A stretch of DNA of 64,000 nucleotides, taken from positions 1-64,000 of the forward strand of contig JASFYY010000037.1 in the NCBI GenBank assembly GCA_045046875.1. The letters are read 5' to 3'. How positions within the stretch are numbered: the first letter of the stretch is position 1; every line of letters starts with the position of its first letter. This document shows positions 39,198 to 46,985 of the stretch, piece after piece. The notes beneath the pieces were generated by a model that was not told the DNA's origin, searched no databases, and was given only the letters and a program-made list of their open reading frames with translations. This stretch comes from Verrucomicrobiota bacterium (GTDB lineage Bacteria > Verrucomicrobiota > Verrucomicrobiia > Verrucomicrobiales > DEV007). The translations under genes and the position numbers were made by a program.

Positions 39198-41146
39198 AAC
39201 TCATCTGCATCGCCACCAGCACTGTCAACCAGACCCCGCTCGACTGGAGCGGCAACCGCGAGCGTTTGTCGCGCTGCATCACTCAAGCCAAAACCGAACA
39301 TGCCAGCCTGCTCTGCCTGCCCGAGCTCTCGATCACCGGCTACGGTTGCGAAGATCAATTCCTCGCGCCCTCGACCTGCGAACAAGCGCTCGAAAGTTTG
39401 AAAAAAATCATCCCGCTTAGCAAAGGCATCACAGTAGCCGTCGGCCTGCCCCTGCGTCATCAAAATGCAATTTACAACACCGTCGCCATGATCACCAACG
39501 GTGAGCTGTTGGGATTCTACGCTAAACAAAATCTCGCCGGTGACGGCATCCACTACGAACCACGCTGGTTCCGCCCCTGGCCGCAGAATATATCTTTAGA
39601 AGTCAATGTGCTCGGCAAGGCAGTGCCCCTCGGGGACATCCTTTTCGACATCGGAGACGTCCGCATTGGCTTCGAAGTTTGCGAAGACGCCTGGGTCGCC
39701 GACCGCCCCGGCAGACGTTACGCCGAATACGGAGTCGACCTCATCCTTAACCCCAGCGCAAGTCACTTCGCTTTTGGCAAACAAAAGATCCGCGAGCAAT
39801 TTGTCCGCGAAGGATCGCGCGCTTTTGGGGTCACTTATGTCTATGCCAACCTCGTCGGCAATGAAGCCGGACGCATCATCTACGATGGCGGGTCGATGAT
39901 CGCCAGCAACGGACAACTGGTCGCCCAAGGAGCACGTTTTTCTTTTCAAGAAACCAGCACCACCAGCGCCGTAGTGGATCTCGATCTGCATCGCCTCGCC
40001 CAGGCTCAAACGGCTTCGCGCCAAGTCGAACTGAAAGCATTCACCGCAGTCAAAGCAGACTTCAACTGGCCACAGGAAAGTCATCCCAGCAAGGCCGTTC
40101 CCGCTGTCCAATACAGCAAAGAAGTTGAATTCACTAGAGCGGTCAGCCTTGCTCTGTTCGACTACATGCGAAAAAGTCACTCAACTGGATTTGTGATTTC
40201 GCTCAGTGGCGGAGCCGATTCTGCCGCGATAGCTTGCCTGGTTGCGATCATGTACCAAATAGCAAAACAAGAGCTCAGTCCAGAAGATTGGCAAAACCGC
40301 CTAGGCTACCTCGGTAACAAAATACCCGACCTCAAAGAACTGCTGATTTGCGTCTATCAAGCCACTGATAACAGCGGCGAAACCACCCGCCATGCAGCCG
40401 AGACGCTCGCCAATGTCCTCGACGCACAATACGCCGAGTGGCAGGTGCAGGACAGCGTCGACCAATACGTCGGCTTAGCTGAAAAAACCATAGGCCGCGC
40501 CCTCACTTGGGAAAACGATGACATCACCCTGCAGAACATCCAAGCTCGGGTGCGCGCACCCGGTGTCTGGATGCTCGCCAACCTTCGCAACGCTTTGTTG
40601 TTAACCACCAGCAACCGTTCGGAAGCCGCCGTCGGTTATGCAACCATGGACGGCGACACCTGCGGAGGCCTGGCTCCCCTCGGAGGCATCGATAAAGCCT
40701 TCCTCCGTCACTGGTTACGCTGGCTGGAAACAGAGGGCAGCGCAGACATCCCCGCGCTACCGGCACTAAAAATCATCAACCAGCAGCAACCCACCGCCGA
40801 ACTGCGCCCCATCGATCAGGATCAAAATGACGAAAGTGATCTCATGCCCTACCCCATCCTCGACCTGATCGAACGCTGGGCAATCCGCGATAAAAAATCC
40901 CCGATTGAAGTTTACCAGCTTCTCACTCACCGTTTTTCCGATTACCAAAACGACACCCTGAAAAAATACGTCAGCCACTTCTTCCGCCTGTGGAGCCGCA
41001 ACCAGTGGAAGCGCGAACGCTACGCCCCCAGCTTCCATCTCGACGATCAAAACCTCGACCCCAAAACCTGGTGCCGCTTCCCCATCCTAAACGCCGTCTT
41101 CGAAGAAGAACTGCAAGCCTTGTCACTCCTGAATCCTGAATTCTAA
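39194..41146 (+). CDS. nadE: Glutamine-dependent NAD+ synthetase
   Basis: Nitrilase-like glutaminase triad (LPELS, YAKQ, EVCEDAW) plus synthetase SLSGGADS, QNIQARVR, NRSEAAVGYATMDGD, PTAEL. Confidence 0.95.
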   Translation: MKLICIATSTVNQTPLDWSGNRERLSRCITQAKTEHASLLCLPELSITGYGCEDQFLAPSTCEQALESLKKIIPLSKGITVAVGLPLRHQNAIYNTVAMITNGELLGFYAKQNLAGDGIHYEPRWFRPWPQNISLEVNVLGKAVPLGDILFDIGDVRIGFEVCEDAWVADRPGRRYAEYGVDLILNPSASHFAFGKQKIREQFVREGSRAFGVTYVYANLVGNEAGRIIYDGGSMIASNGQLVAQGARFSFQETSTTSAVVDLDLHRLAQAQTASRQVELKAFTAVKADFNWPQESHPSKAVPAVQYSKEVEFTRAVSLALFDYMRKSHSTGFVISLSGGADSAAIACLVAIMYQIAKQELSPEDWQNRLGYLGNKIPDLKELLICVYQATDNSGETTRHAAETLANVLDAQYAEWQVQDSVDQYVGLAEKTIGRALTWENDDITLQNIQARVRAPGVWMLANLRNALLLTTSNRSEAAVGYATMDGDTCGGLAPLGGIDKAFLRHWLRWLETEGSADIPALPALKIINQQQPTAELRPIDQDQNDESDLMPYPILDLIERWAIRDKKSPIEVYQLLTHRFSDYQNDTLKKYVSHFFRLWSRNQWKRERYAPSFHLDDQNLDPKTWCRFPILNAVFEEELQALSLLNPEF

Positions 41147-41154
41147 CTCCTGAC
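41127..41154 (+). repeat. Heptamer tandem repeat overlapping the nadE stop codon
   Basis: TCCTGAA TCCTGAA TTCTAAC TCCTGAC. Confidence 0.55.
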
Positions 41155-41165
41155 TACTTCCCCCC

Positions 41166-41603
41166 ATGCCCTACACCTACAAACACCCCCGCCCCGCGAT
41201 CACCGTTGACTGTGTCATCTTCGGTAAAGATCCTGACGGCCTGCATCTTCTTCTTATCCAGCGCAAAAACCCACCTTACCAAAACTGCTGGGCGCTGCCC
41301 GGCGGATTCCTCGATCTCGGCGAAGCACCCGAAATCGCCGCCGCCCGCGAACTGGAAGAAGAAACCGGGCTCAAGGGAATCCCTCTCACCCAGTTTCACA
41401 CCTTCGGTGCCCCCGACCGCGACCCGCGCGAACACGTCATCGCCATTGCCCACTACGCCATCGTCGATAAAAAAGACCACCACCCGCAAGCCGCAGATGA
41501 CGCCGCTGCAGTGGAGTGGTTTCCAGTCAACAAAGTCCCTGAACTGGCCTTTGACCATGCCTCGATAATCGAAACTGCCATTACCCTTCTCTCTCCATTT
41601 TAG
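41166..41603 (+). CDS. Nudix hydrolase, probable ADP-ribose pyrophosphatase
   Basis: [28 protein letters not shown]udix box, RDPR, LAFDH. Confidence 0.88.
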   Translation: MPYTYKHPRPAITVDCVIFGKDPDGLHLLLIQRKNPPYQNCWALPGGFLDLGEAPEIAAARELEEETGLKGIPLTQFHTFGAPDRDPREHVIAIAHYAIVDKKDHHPQAADDAAAVEWFPVNKVPELAFDHASIIETAITLLSPF

Positions 41604-41617
41604 AACTCCAATCGCCT

Positions 41618-41636
41618 AAGTGTAAGTTTTACACTT
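41618..41636. promoter_or_regulatory. Second NrtR-type operator upstream of nrtR
   Basis: AAGTGT-N7-ACACTT palindrome. Confidence 0.7.
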
Positions 41637-41647
41637 TTATCTTTACT

Positions 41648-41666
41648 TAGTGTTATTTTTACACTA
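41648..41666. promoter_or_regulatory. NrtR-type operator immediately upstream of nrtR
   Basis: TAGTGT-N7-ACACTA, 10 bp before the ATG. Confidence 0.8.
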
Positions 41667-41676
41667 TACATAAATC

Positions 41677-42366
41677 ATGAGCTTTAAATACGAATACGAA
41701 AGACCTGCTCTCACCACCGACTGTGTGGTTTTTGGCCTCGATGAAGACGACCTCAAAATCCTCCTCATTCAACGTGACATCGCCCCCTTCGAGGGCGAAT
41801 GGGCACTGCCCGGAGGTTTCATCCGGGTCGGCGAATCACTCGACGACTGCGCACGCCGTGAACTCGAAGAGGAAACCGGATTAAAGAACGTTTTCCTCGA
41901 ACAACTTTACAGTTTTGGCAAAGCGGATCGTGATCCCCGTGAACACGTTGTGACCATTGCCTATTACGCTCTGGTCAACCTCATCGAGCACCCACCACAA
42001 GCAGCCACTGATGCCAGGAATGCGGCATGGTTCGCTCTCGACGACCTGCCCGAGCTTGCCTTTGACCATAATCAAATTCTCAACAAAGCACTTGAGCGAT
42101 TAAGAGGCAAAGTTCGCTATCAACCGATTGGCTTTGAGCTACTTCCTGAAAAATTTACCCTTTCTCAACTACAAAAGCTTTACGAAATCATTCTCGAAAT
42201 CAAAATCGACAAACGCAACTTTCGCAAAAAAGTTACCAAGCTAGGCATCCTCATCGGAACCAATGAAGTCGAACAGGATGTCGCCCATCGAGCCGCCCGC
42301 CTCTACCGCTTTGACCAAACGCATTACCAGAAACTGATCCAACAAGGCATCAACTTCGAGCTCTAA
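41677..42366 (+). CDS. nrtR: NrtR-family regulator (Nudix + winged HTH)
   Basis: Nudix domain followed by [34 protein letters not shown]. Confidence 0.92.
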   Translation: MSFKYEYERPALTTDCVVFGLDEDDLKILLIQRDIAPFEGEWALPGGFIRVGESLDDCARRELEEETGLKNVFLEQLYSFGKADRDPREHVVTIAYYALVNLIEHPPQAATDARNAAWFALDDLPELAFDHNQILNKALERLRGKVRYQPIGFELLPEKFTLSQLQKLYEIILEIKIDKRNFRKKVTKLGILIGTNEVEQDVAHRAARLYRFDQTHYQKLIQQGINFEL

Positions 42367-42394
42367 CTACGATGCCTGCATCAAGGAAAATTTA

Positions 42395-42952
42395 ATGAAC
42401 GCAAAACTACAAACCAGAATCAGTAAACGACTGAGTCTGATTTTACGCCACAAACCGGAAAGCATCGGTATTACACTGGATGAAAACGGCTGGGCAAACG
42501 TCCAGAACCTCCTGAACGCTCTTAACCGTAACGGCGCCCGCCTCACACTGGAAATACTTGAAACAGTCGTTGCTGAAAATCCCAAAAAGCGATTCGAATT
42601 CAACGATGCTCAAACTTTCATCCGCGCTCGCCAGGGGCACTCGATTGATATTGACCTCGGCTACAGCGCGACCATGCCACCAGATGTATTATATCACGGC
42701 ACTGCAGAACGTTTTCTGGATCCCATCCTCAAGGAAGGACTCATCAAACAACAACGACATCACGTTCATATGTCCACCAACATCCCTCTCATGTTGGAAG
42801 TTGCCCGGCGTCGTGGCAAGGCCGCATTACTGGAGATCGACGCAAAACAAATGCATCAGGACGGCCACGAATTTTACGTCACAGAAAACGAGGTCTGGCT
42901 CACCGACCGCATCCCTACTCAATACCTTACTCAGAAAGGCACCCAAACCTGA
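42395..42952 (+). CDS. kptA: RNA 2'-phosphotransferase (KptA/Tpt1)
   Basis: SLILRH, KKRF, IRARQGHS, LYHGT, RHHVHMS, NEVWLT. Confidence 0.92.
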   Translation: MNAKLQTRISKRLSLILRHKPESIGITLDENGWANVQNLLNALNRNGARLTLEILETVVAENPKKRFEFNDAQTFIRARQGHSIDIDLGYSATMPPDVLYHGTAERFLDPILKEGLIKQQRHHVHMSTNIPLMLEVARRRGKAALLEIDAKQMHQDGHEFYVTENEVWLTDRIPTQYLTQKGTQT

Positions 42953-42969
42953 ACGAATCGAACAAGGCC

Positions 42970-43938
42970 ATGAAAACCCTGATCCTCGTAGATATTCAAA
43001 ACGACTTCCTTCCAGGAGGAGCCCTCGCTGTAAACGAAGGTGATCAGATCCTGTCAATCGTAAACGAGCTGACTCCCCACTACGACCATGTGATTGCCAC
43101 ACAGGATTTTCATCCCGAAAATCACGGCAGTTTTGCAGACAACCATGATGAACATGAAATCGGAGAAATCATCGATCTTCATGGTCTGGAGCAAGTCCTC
43201 TGGCCCGTCCACTGCGTTGAGGGAACACCTGGAACCGAGTTTGCCCCCGGTCTGAATACAGATGGAATCGATCACATTTTTCAAAAAGGTACTGATCCAA
43301 AAATCGACAGTTACAGCGGCTTCCATGACAACGGACACCGCAAGGCTACCGGACTTGCAGAGTATCTGCGCAAAATGGAAACGGATGAGGTCCACATTGT
43401 CGGACTAGCCACGGATTACTGTGTGAAATTCACCGCCCTTGACGCTCTTACTGAAGGTTTCAAAACCACACTTATCACAGACGCCTGTCGCGGAGTTAAT
43501 CTCAACCCAAGTGACGTCGAGAACGCCATTGATGAAATGCAACAAGCCGGAGTCACCACCACCACCAGTGATGCGATCCTCGGTGATGTCGCCGCTCTTT
43601 ACCGCCCAGTTGGCCCCGAAGAATTAGCACTACTCAAAAAAGAAGCTTTCAAAAAATGGCCACCCCGCCTCCCTGAGCAACCCATCTTTTATCCAGTGAC
43701 CAATCAGGCCTACGCCGAACAAATAGCTCGGGACTGGAACATCAAGGGCAGCGGTTGTGGTTACGTCACCCGATTCGCGGTGAATCGTTCGTTCCTGAAA
43801 TCCTACGAAAGAAAAATCGTCGGAGGAAAACAACACGAAGAGCTCTGGATACCTGCAGAAGATCTGGAAGATCTCAATGCCAACATCATCGGAAAAATCG
43901 AGGTCATCAAAAGCTTCGAACCTGACCCTACACTCTAA
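42970..43938 (+). CDS. pncA: Nicotinamidase fused to an uncharacterised C-terminal domain of about 115 aa
   Basis: VDIQNDF, QDFHP, WPVHC, FQKG, ATDYCV (D-K-C triad and metal ligands) in aa 1-205; then LYRPVG..WPPRLPEQPIFYPV..IARDWN..HEELWIP. Confidence 0.9.
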   Translation: MKTLILVDIQNDFLPGGALAVNEGDQILSIVNELTPHYDHVIATQDFHPENHGSFADNHDEHEIGEIIDLHGLEQVLWPVHCVEGTPGTEFAPGLNTDGIDHIFQKGTDPKIDSYSGFHDNGHRKATGLAEYLRKMETDEVHIVGLATDYCVKFTALDALTEGFKTTLITDACRGVNLNPSDVENAIDEMQQAGVTTTTSDAILGDVAALYRPVGPEELALLKKEAFKKWPPRLPEQPIFYPVTNQAYAEQIARDWNIKGSGCGYVTRFAVNRSFLKSYERKIVGGKQHEELWIPAEDLEDLNANIIGKIEVIKSFEPDPTL

Positions 43939-44465
43939 TGAATACCCTATTCGGAGACATCACCACACTCAATTGTGACGCCATCGTCAATGCCGCAAAC
44001 ACCAGCTTGCTGGGAGGGGGTGGCGTTGATGGAGCCATTCATCGTGCTGCCGGCCCAGAGCTTGTGCATGAATGCCGAATACTCGGTGGCTGCAAACCAG
44101 GAATGGCAAAAATCACAAAAGGATATCAACTCAAGGCAAGGCACATCATCCACACCGTCGGCCCGGTTTGGATAGACGGTAGTCACGGCGAAAAAGAAAC
44201 CCTTGTTTCCTGCTACGTAAATTCACTCGAACTCTGCCGTCAATACGACATTCAGTCTCTCGCCTTCCCATGCATCTCCACAGGTATTTATGCTTTCCCT
44301 AAAGACCTTGCTGCAAAAATCGCGGTAACGACCTGTCACGAATTCATTGCATCTCACCCCATCAACATCACATTTTGCTGCTTTGGAAAAGAAGATTTTG
44401 AGCTCTATCAAAATTTACTAAGCCCTAATAACAACACTCAAAACGATAACAACGCCCAGGCTTAG
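43938..44465 (+). CDS. Macrodomain protein (YmdB/MacroD-like ADP-ribose-derivative hydrolase)
   Basis: GDIT..DAIVNAAN..LLGGGGVDGAIHRAAG, IIHTVGP, AFPCISTGIY. Confidence 0.93.
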   Translation: MNTLFGDITTLNCDAIVNAANTSLLGGGGVDGAIHRAAGPELVHECRILGGCKPGMAKITKGYQLKARHIIHTVGPVWIDGSHGEKETLVSCYVNSLELCRQYDIQSLAFPCISTGIYAFPKDLAAKIAVTTCHEFIASHPINITFCCFGKEDFELYQNLLSPNNNTQNDNNAQA

Positions 44466-44496
44466 CCGTGTCGTTTCACTCAACCAAATAAACCCC

Positions 44497-44766
44497 ATGA
44501 AATACAAAAAAAAGGACATCGTCATCGAAGCTTATGAGCATCAATCGAGCCAATCTCAAAAGTGGCCAGTCGATGCACCTGACTGGTTCCTTGCTGCCAT
44601 CAAAAACGGAAGTGTCAGCAAGATACCCGAAGGCAAATTGGTCATCAAAACGCTCGAAGGGGATCACACCGCCTTAGATGGAGATTTTATCATCCAAGGC
44701 GTGCGTGGAGAGCTCTACCCCTGCAGATCTGACATCTTCGTTGAAACCTATGCACAGGTCGAATGA
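44497..44766 (+). CDS. Small conserved protein of a family I associate mainly with phages (PGDYG-like)
   Basis: MKYKKK..IEA start; IKTLEG..ALDGDFIIQGVRGELYPCRSDIFVETY. Confidence 0.7.
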   Translation: MKYKKKDIVIEAYEHQSSQSQKWPVDAPDWFLAAIKNGSVSKIPEGKLVIKTLEGDHTALDGDFIIQGVRGELYPCRSDIFVETYAQVE

Positions 44767-44771
44767 ACCCA

Positions 44772-44815
44772 CTAGTACCGAAACTTTGTCCGCCCGGACA
44801 AAGTTTCGGTACTAG
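44772..44815. repeat. Perfect 21-bp inverted repeat bounded by CTAG
   Basis: CTAGTACCGAAACTTTGTCCG-cc-CGGACAAAGTTTCGGTACTAG; no U-tract. Confidence 0.8.
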
Positions 44816-44869
44816 CTCAATCTCACACTTTACAGATAGAATAACCCCATCACTCATCACTTCATCACT

Positions 44870-45781
44870 ATGACACTCGACCAAGATAAATTCCGTGGAG
44901 CCCTGCTCGGCCTGGCCGCTGGAGATGCGCTCGGTACTACCGTCGAATTCTCCCCGCGCGGCTCGTTTGAACCCCTCACCAATATCATTGGTGGCGGCCC
45001 CTTCAACCTGAACGCAGGTGAATGGACCGACGACACCTCCATGGCACTCTGTCTCGGACAAAGCTTGATCAACTGCCAGGGCATGAACCCGGTGGATCAA
45101 CTGAACCTCTACTGTCAATGGTGGCGCAATGGACTCAACAGTGTCAAAGGTCACTGTTTCGATATTGGCAATACTGTCAGATCAGCTTTGATCCGCTACG
45201 AAAATACCGGCGCTCCAGATTGCGGATCAACAGCCCCTATGAGTGCTGGCAATGGCTCCATCATGCGACTCGCACCCGTGCCATTATTTTTTGCTCAAGA
45301 TCCAGCAAGAGCCGACGAGGCGGCAGCCGTCTCCTCCCGCACCACCCATGCCGCCACCGAAGCTGTGGATGGCTGCCGCCTTCTGACTCACCTCATCATC
45401 AGCGCCTTGGGCGGACATGACAAAGCAAAAATCCTGTCCACCAGTGCTTATTCAAACAGCAACCTTTGTCCCCGCATTAACATGCTCGCCCAGGGGAGTT
45501 ACCAAGGGAAATCCGCCAGTGATATACGTGGATCAGGTTATATCGTGGAAAGTTTGGAAGCCGCACTTTGGGCATTCTGGAACAGCTCCAGTTTTGAAGA
45601 AGGTGCCCTGCTCGCTGTCAACCTCGGTGATGACGCCGATACCACCGGCGCCGTCTACGGACAGATCGCAGGAGCCTACTACGGGATGAAAGGCATCCCC
45701 CAGCACTGGCTCAAAAAACTCACCTGGAAAGATCGTATCACCACACTGGCTGACCAAATCCATCAAGCCGCTCACAAATAA
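44870..45781 (+). CDS. ADP-ribosylglycohydrolase (DraG/ARH family)
   Basis: GLAAGDALG, WTDDTSM, AGNGSIMR, NLGDDADTTGAVYGQIAGA. Confidence 0.93.
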   Translation: MTLDQDKFRGALLGLAAGDALGTTVEFSPRGSFEPLTNIIGGGPFNLNAGEWTDDTSMALCLGQSLINCQGMNPVDQLNLYCQWWRNGLNSVKGHCFDIGNTVRSALIRYENTGAPDCGSTAPMSAGNGSIMRLAPVPLFFAQDPARADEAAAVSSRTTHAATEAVDGCRLLTHLIISALGGHDKAKILSTSAYSNSNLCPRINMLAQGSYQGKSASDIRGSGYIVESLEAALWAFWNSSSFEEGALLAVNLGDDADTTGAVYGQIAGAYYGMKGIPQHWLKKLTWKDRITTLADQIHQAAHK

Positions 45782-45796
45782 ATAATTCAAAAATTC

Positions 45797-46891
45797 ATGC
45801 CCCCCTCGACCCAGAACCGAATCGAAGGCCTGCTGCTCGGCACTGCCGTAGGCGACGCGCTGGGACTACCGATGGAAGGCATGAAAGCATCGACGATCAA
45901 AACACTCGGCTGGGCGAAAAACCTACGTCACCGTTTCATTTTTGGGCGCGGCATGTGGAGTGATGACACCGAACACAGCATCATGCTGGCTCAGGCATTG
46001 CTTGCCAGTGAAGGTGATGAGAAAATATTCACCCGTAAATTTGCCTGGGAACTACGCTGGTGGTTGTTCGGACTTCCGGCCGGAGTTGGAATGGCAACGG
46101 CCCGGGCGATGATCAAACTCTGGCTCGGTTTCTCACCCGAACATTCGGGGGTGTTCTCCGCAGGTAACGGATCAGCCATGCGCACGGCTGTCATCGCCGC
46201 CTATTTCCCGGATGATGCTGGCAAACGCTTTCAGTTGGTGCAAGCGCAAACCCAGGTCACCCACTCCGATCCCAAAGCGCTCATCGCCTCTTTAGCCGTA
46301 ACTGAGGTAGCTGCCTGTCTGCTCAAATCAAAATCTCCCCCTTCACCAGAAAAAATCCTCTCCATCCTCAAGCTACCCAATAATATGGCCTGCTTTACTT
46401 GGGACATTAAGTGGAATGAAATCATCAGTCACATCGAAAATGGCTGGTCTGAAAACGCCCCTCTTTCCAAGCTAATATCAAGCTTTGGTAGAAAGCCCGA
46501 AAATGGCATCAGCGGCTACGCCTACCACACCGTGCCCGCCGTTATCTACACGGGCGTCCAATACAACTGGGACTTCAAAAAAGTCATCACGGCCATCATC
46601 AAAGCTGGTGGCGACACTGACAGCACCGCCGCTATCGCCGGTGCTTTATGTGGGGCATACGGAGGAACGGCATCGATCCCGCGTGATTGGATTGCCCCCA
46701 TCTCCGAGTGGCCCACGGGCATGAATGAACTGCGTGTGCTCGCCCAAGCCCTCCATAAGCACCAGCCCCTACGTGTCCGATCCCATTGGTCACCGATGTT
46801 ATTACTCCGCAATCTGCTCTTCCTCGTCATTGTGATTTTCCACGGATTCTCAAGACTTCTCCCTACTACCCTACGGCGCTCAAAACCATGA
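45797..46891 (+). CDS. Second ADP-ribosylglycohydrolase with a hydrophobic C-terminal tail
   Basis: GTAVGDALG, WSDDTEHS, AGNGSAMR, THSDP, GGDTDSTAAIAGA; tail MLLLRNLLFLVIVIFHGF. Confidence 0.9.
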   Translation: MPPSTQNRIEGLLLGTAVGDALGLPMEGMKASTIKTLGWAKNLRHRFIFGRGMWSDDTEHSIMLAQALLASEGDEKIFTRKFAWELRWWLFGLPAGVGMATARAMIKLWLGFSPEHSGVFSAGNGSAMRTAVIAAYFPDDAGKRFQLVQAQTQVTHSDPKALIASLAVTEVAACLLKSKSPPSPEKILSILKLPNNMACFTWDIKWNEIISHIENGWSENAPLSKLISSFGRKPENGISGYAYHTVPAVIYTGVQYNWDFKKVITAIIKAGGDTDSTAAIAGALCGAYGGTASIPRDWIAPISEWPTGMNELRVLAQALHKHQPLRVRSHWSPMLLLRNLLFLVIVIFHGFSRLLPTTLRRSKP

Positions 46892-46954
46892 CGATCTCTC
46901 CTATTCGCGTCCATTTGCTCTGCTCTTCTCTTCAGTCCTTCTAAATAACTCTTG

Positions 46955-46968
46955 ACCGACCGGTCGGT
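46955..46968. promoter_or_regulatory. Palindromic TetR-type operator overlapping the tetR promoter
   Basis: ACCGACCGGTCGGT overlapping TTGACC (46952); TAATAT at 46974. Confidence 0.75.
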
Positions 46969-46985
46969 TTTTGTAATATAGGCTT

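Noticed and set aside
44497..44766. Prophage remnant, or identity with known sponge proteins (Tad1, Tad2, Acb2)
   Set aside because: No other phage genes or att/integrase, and the sequence does not resemble those families as I know them
44772..44815. Rho-independent terminator
   Set aside because: No U-tract on either strand and an atypically long perfect stem; reported as a repeat instead
37824..46891. Calling the island a phage-type NAD reconstitution pathway (NARP1/NARP2)
   Set aside because: No PRPP-synthetase-like or Nampt/NMNAT genes; the enzymes are the deamidating PncA-PncB-NadE route in a chromosomal context
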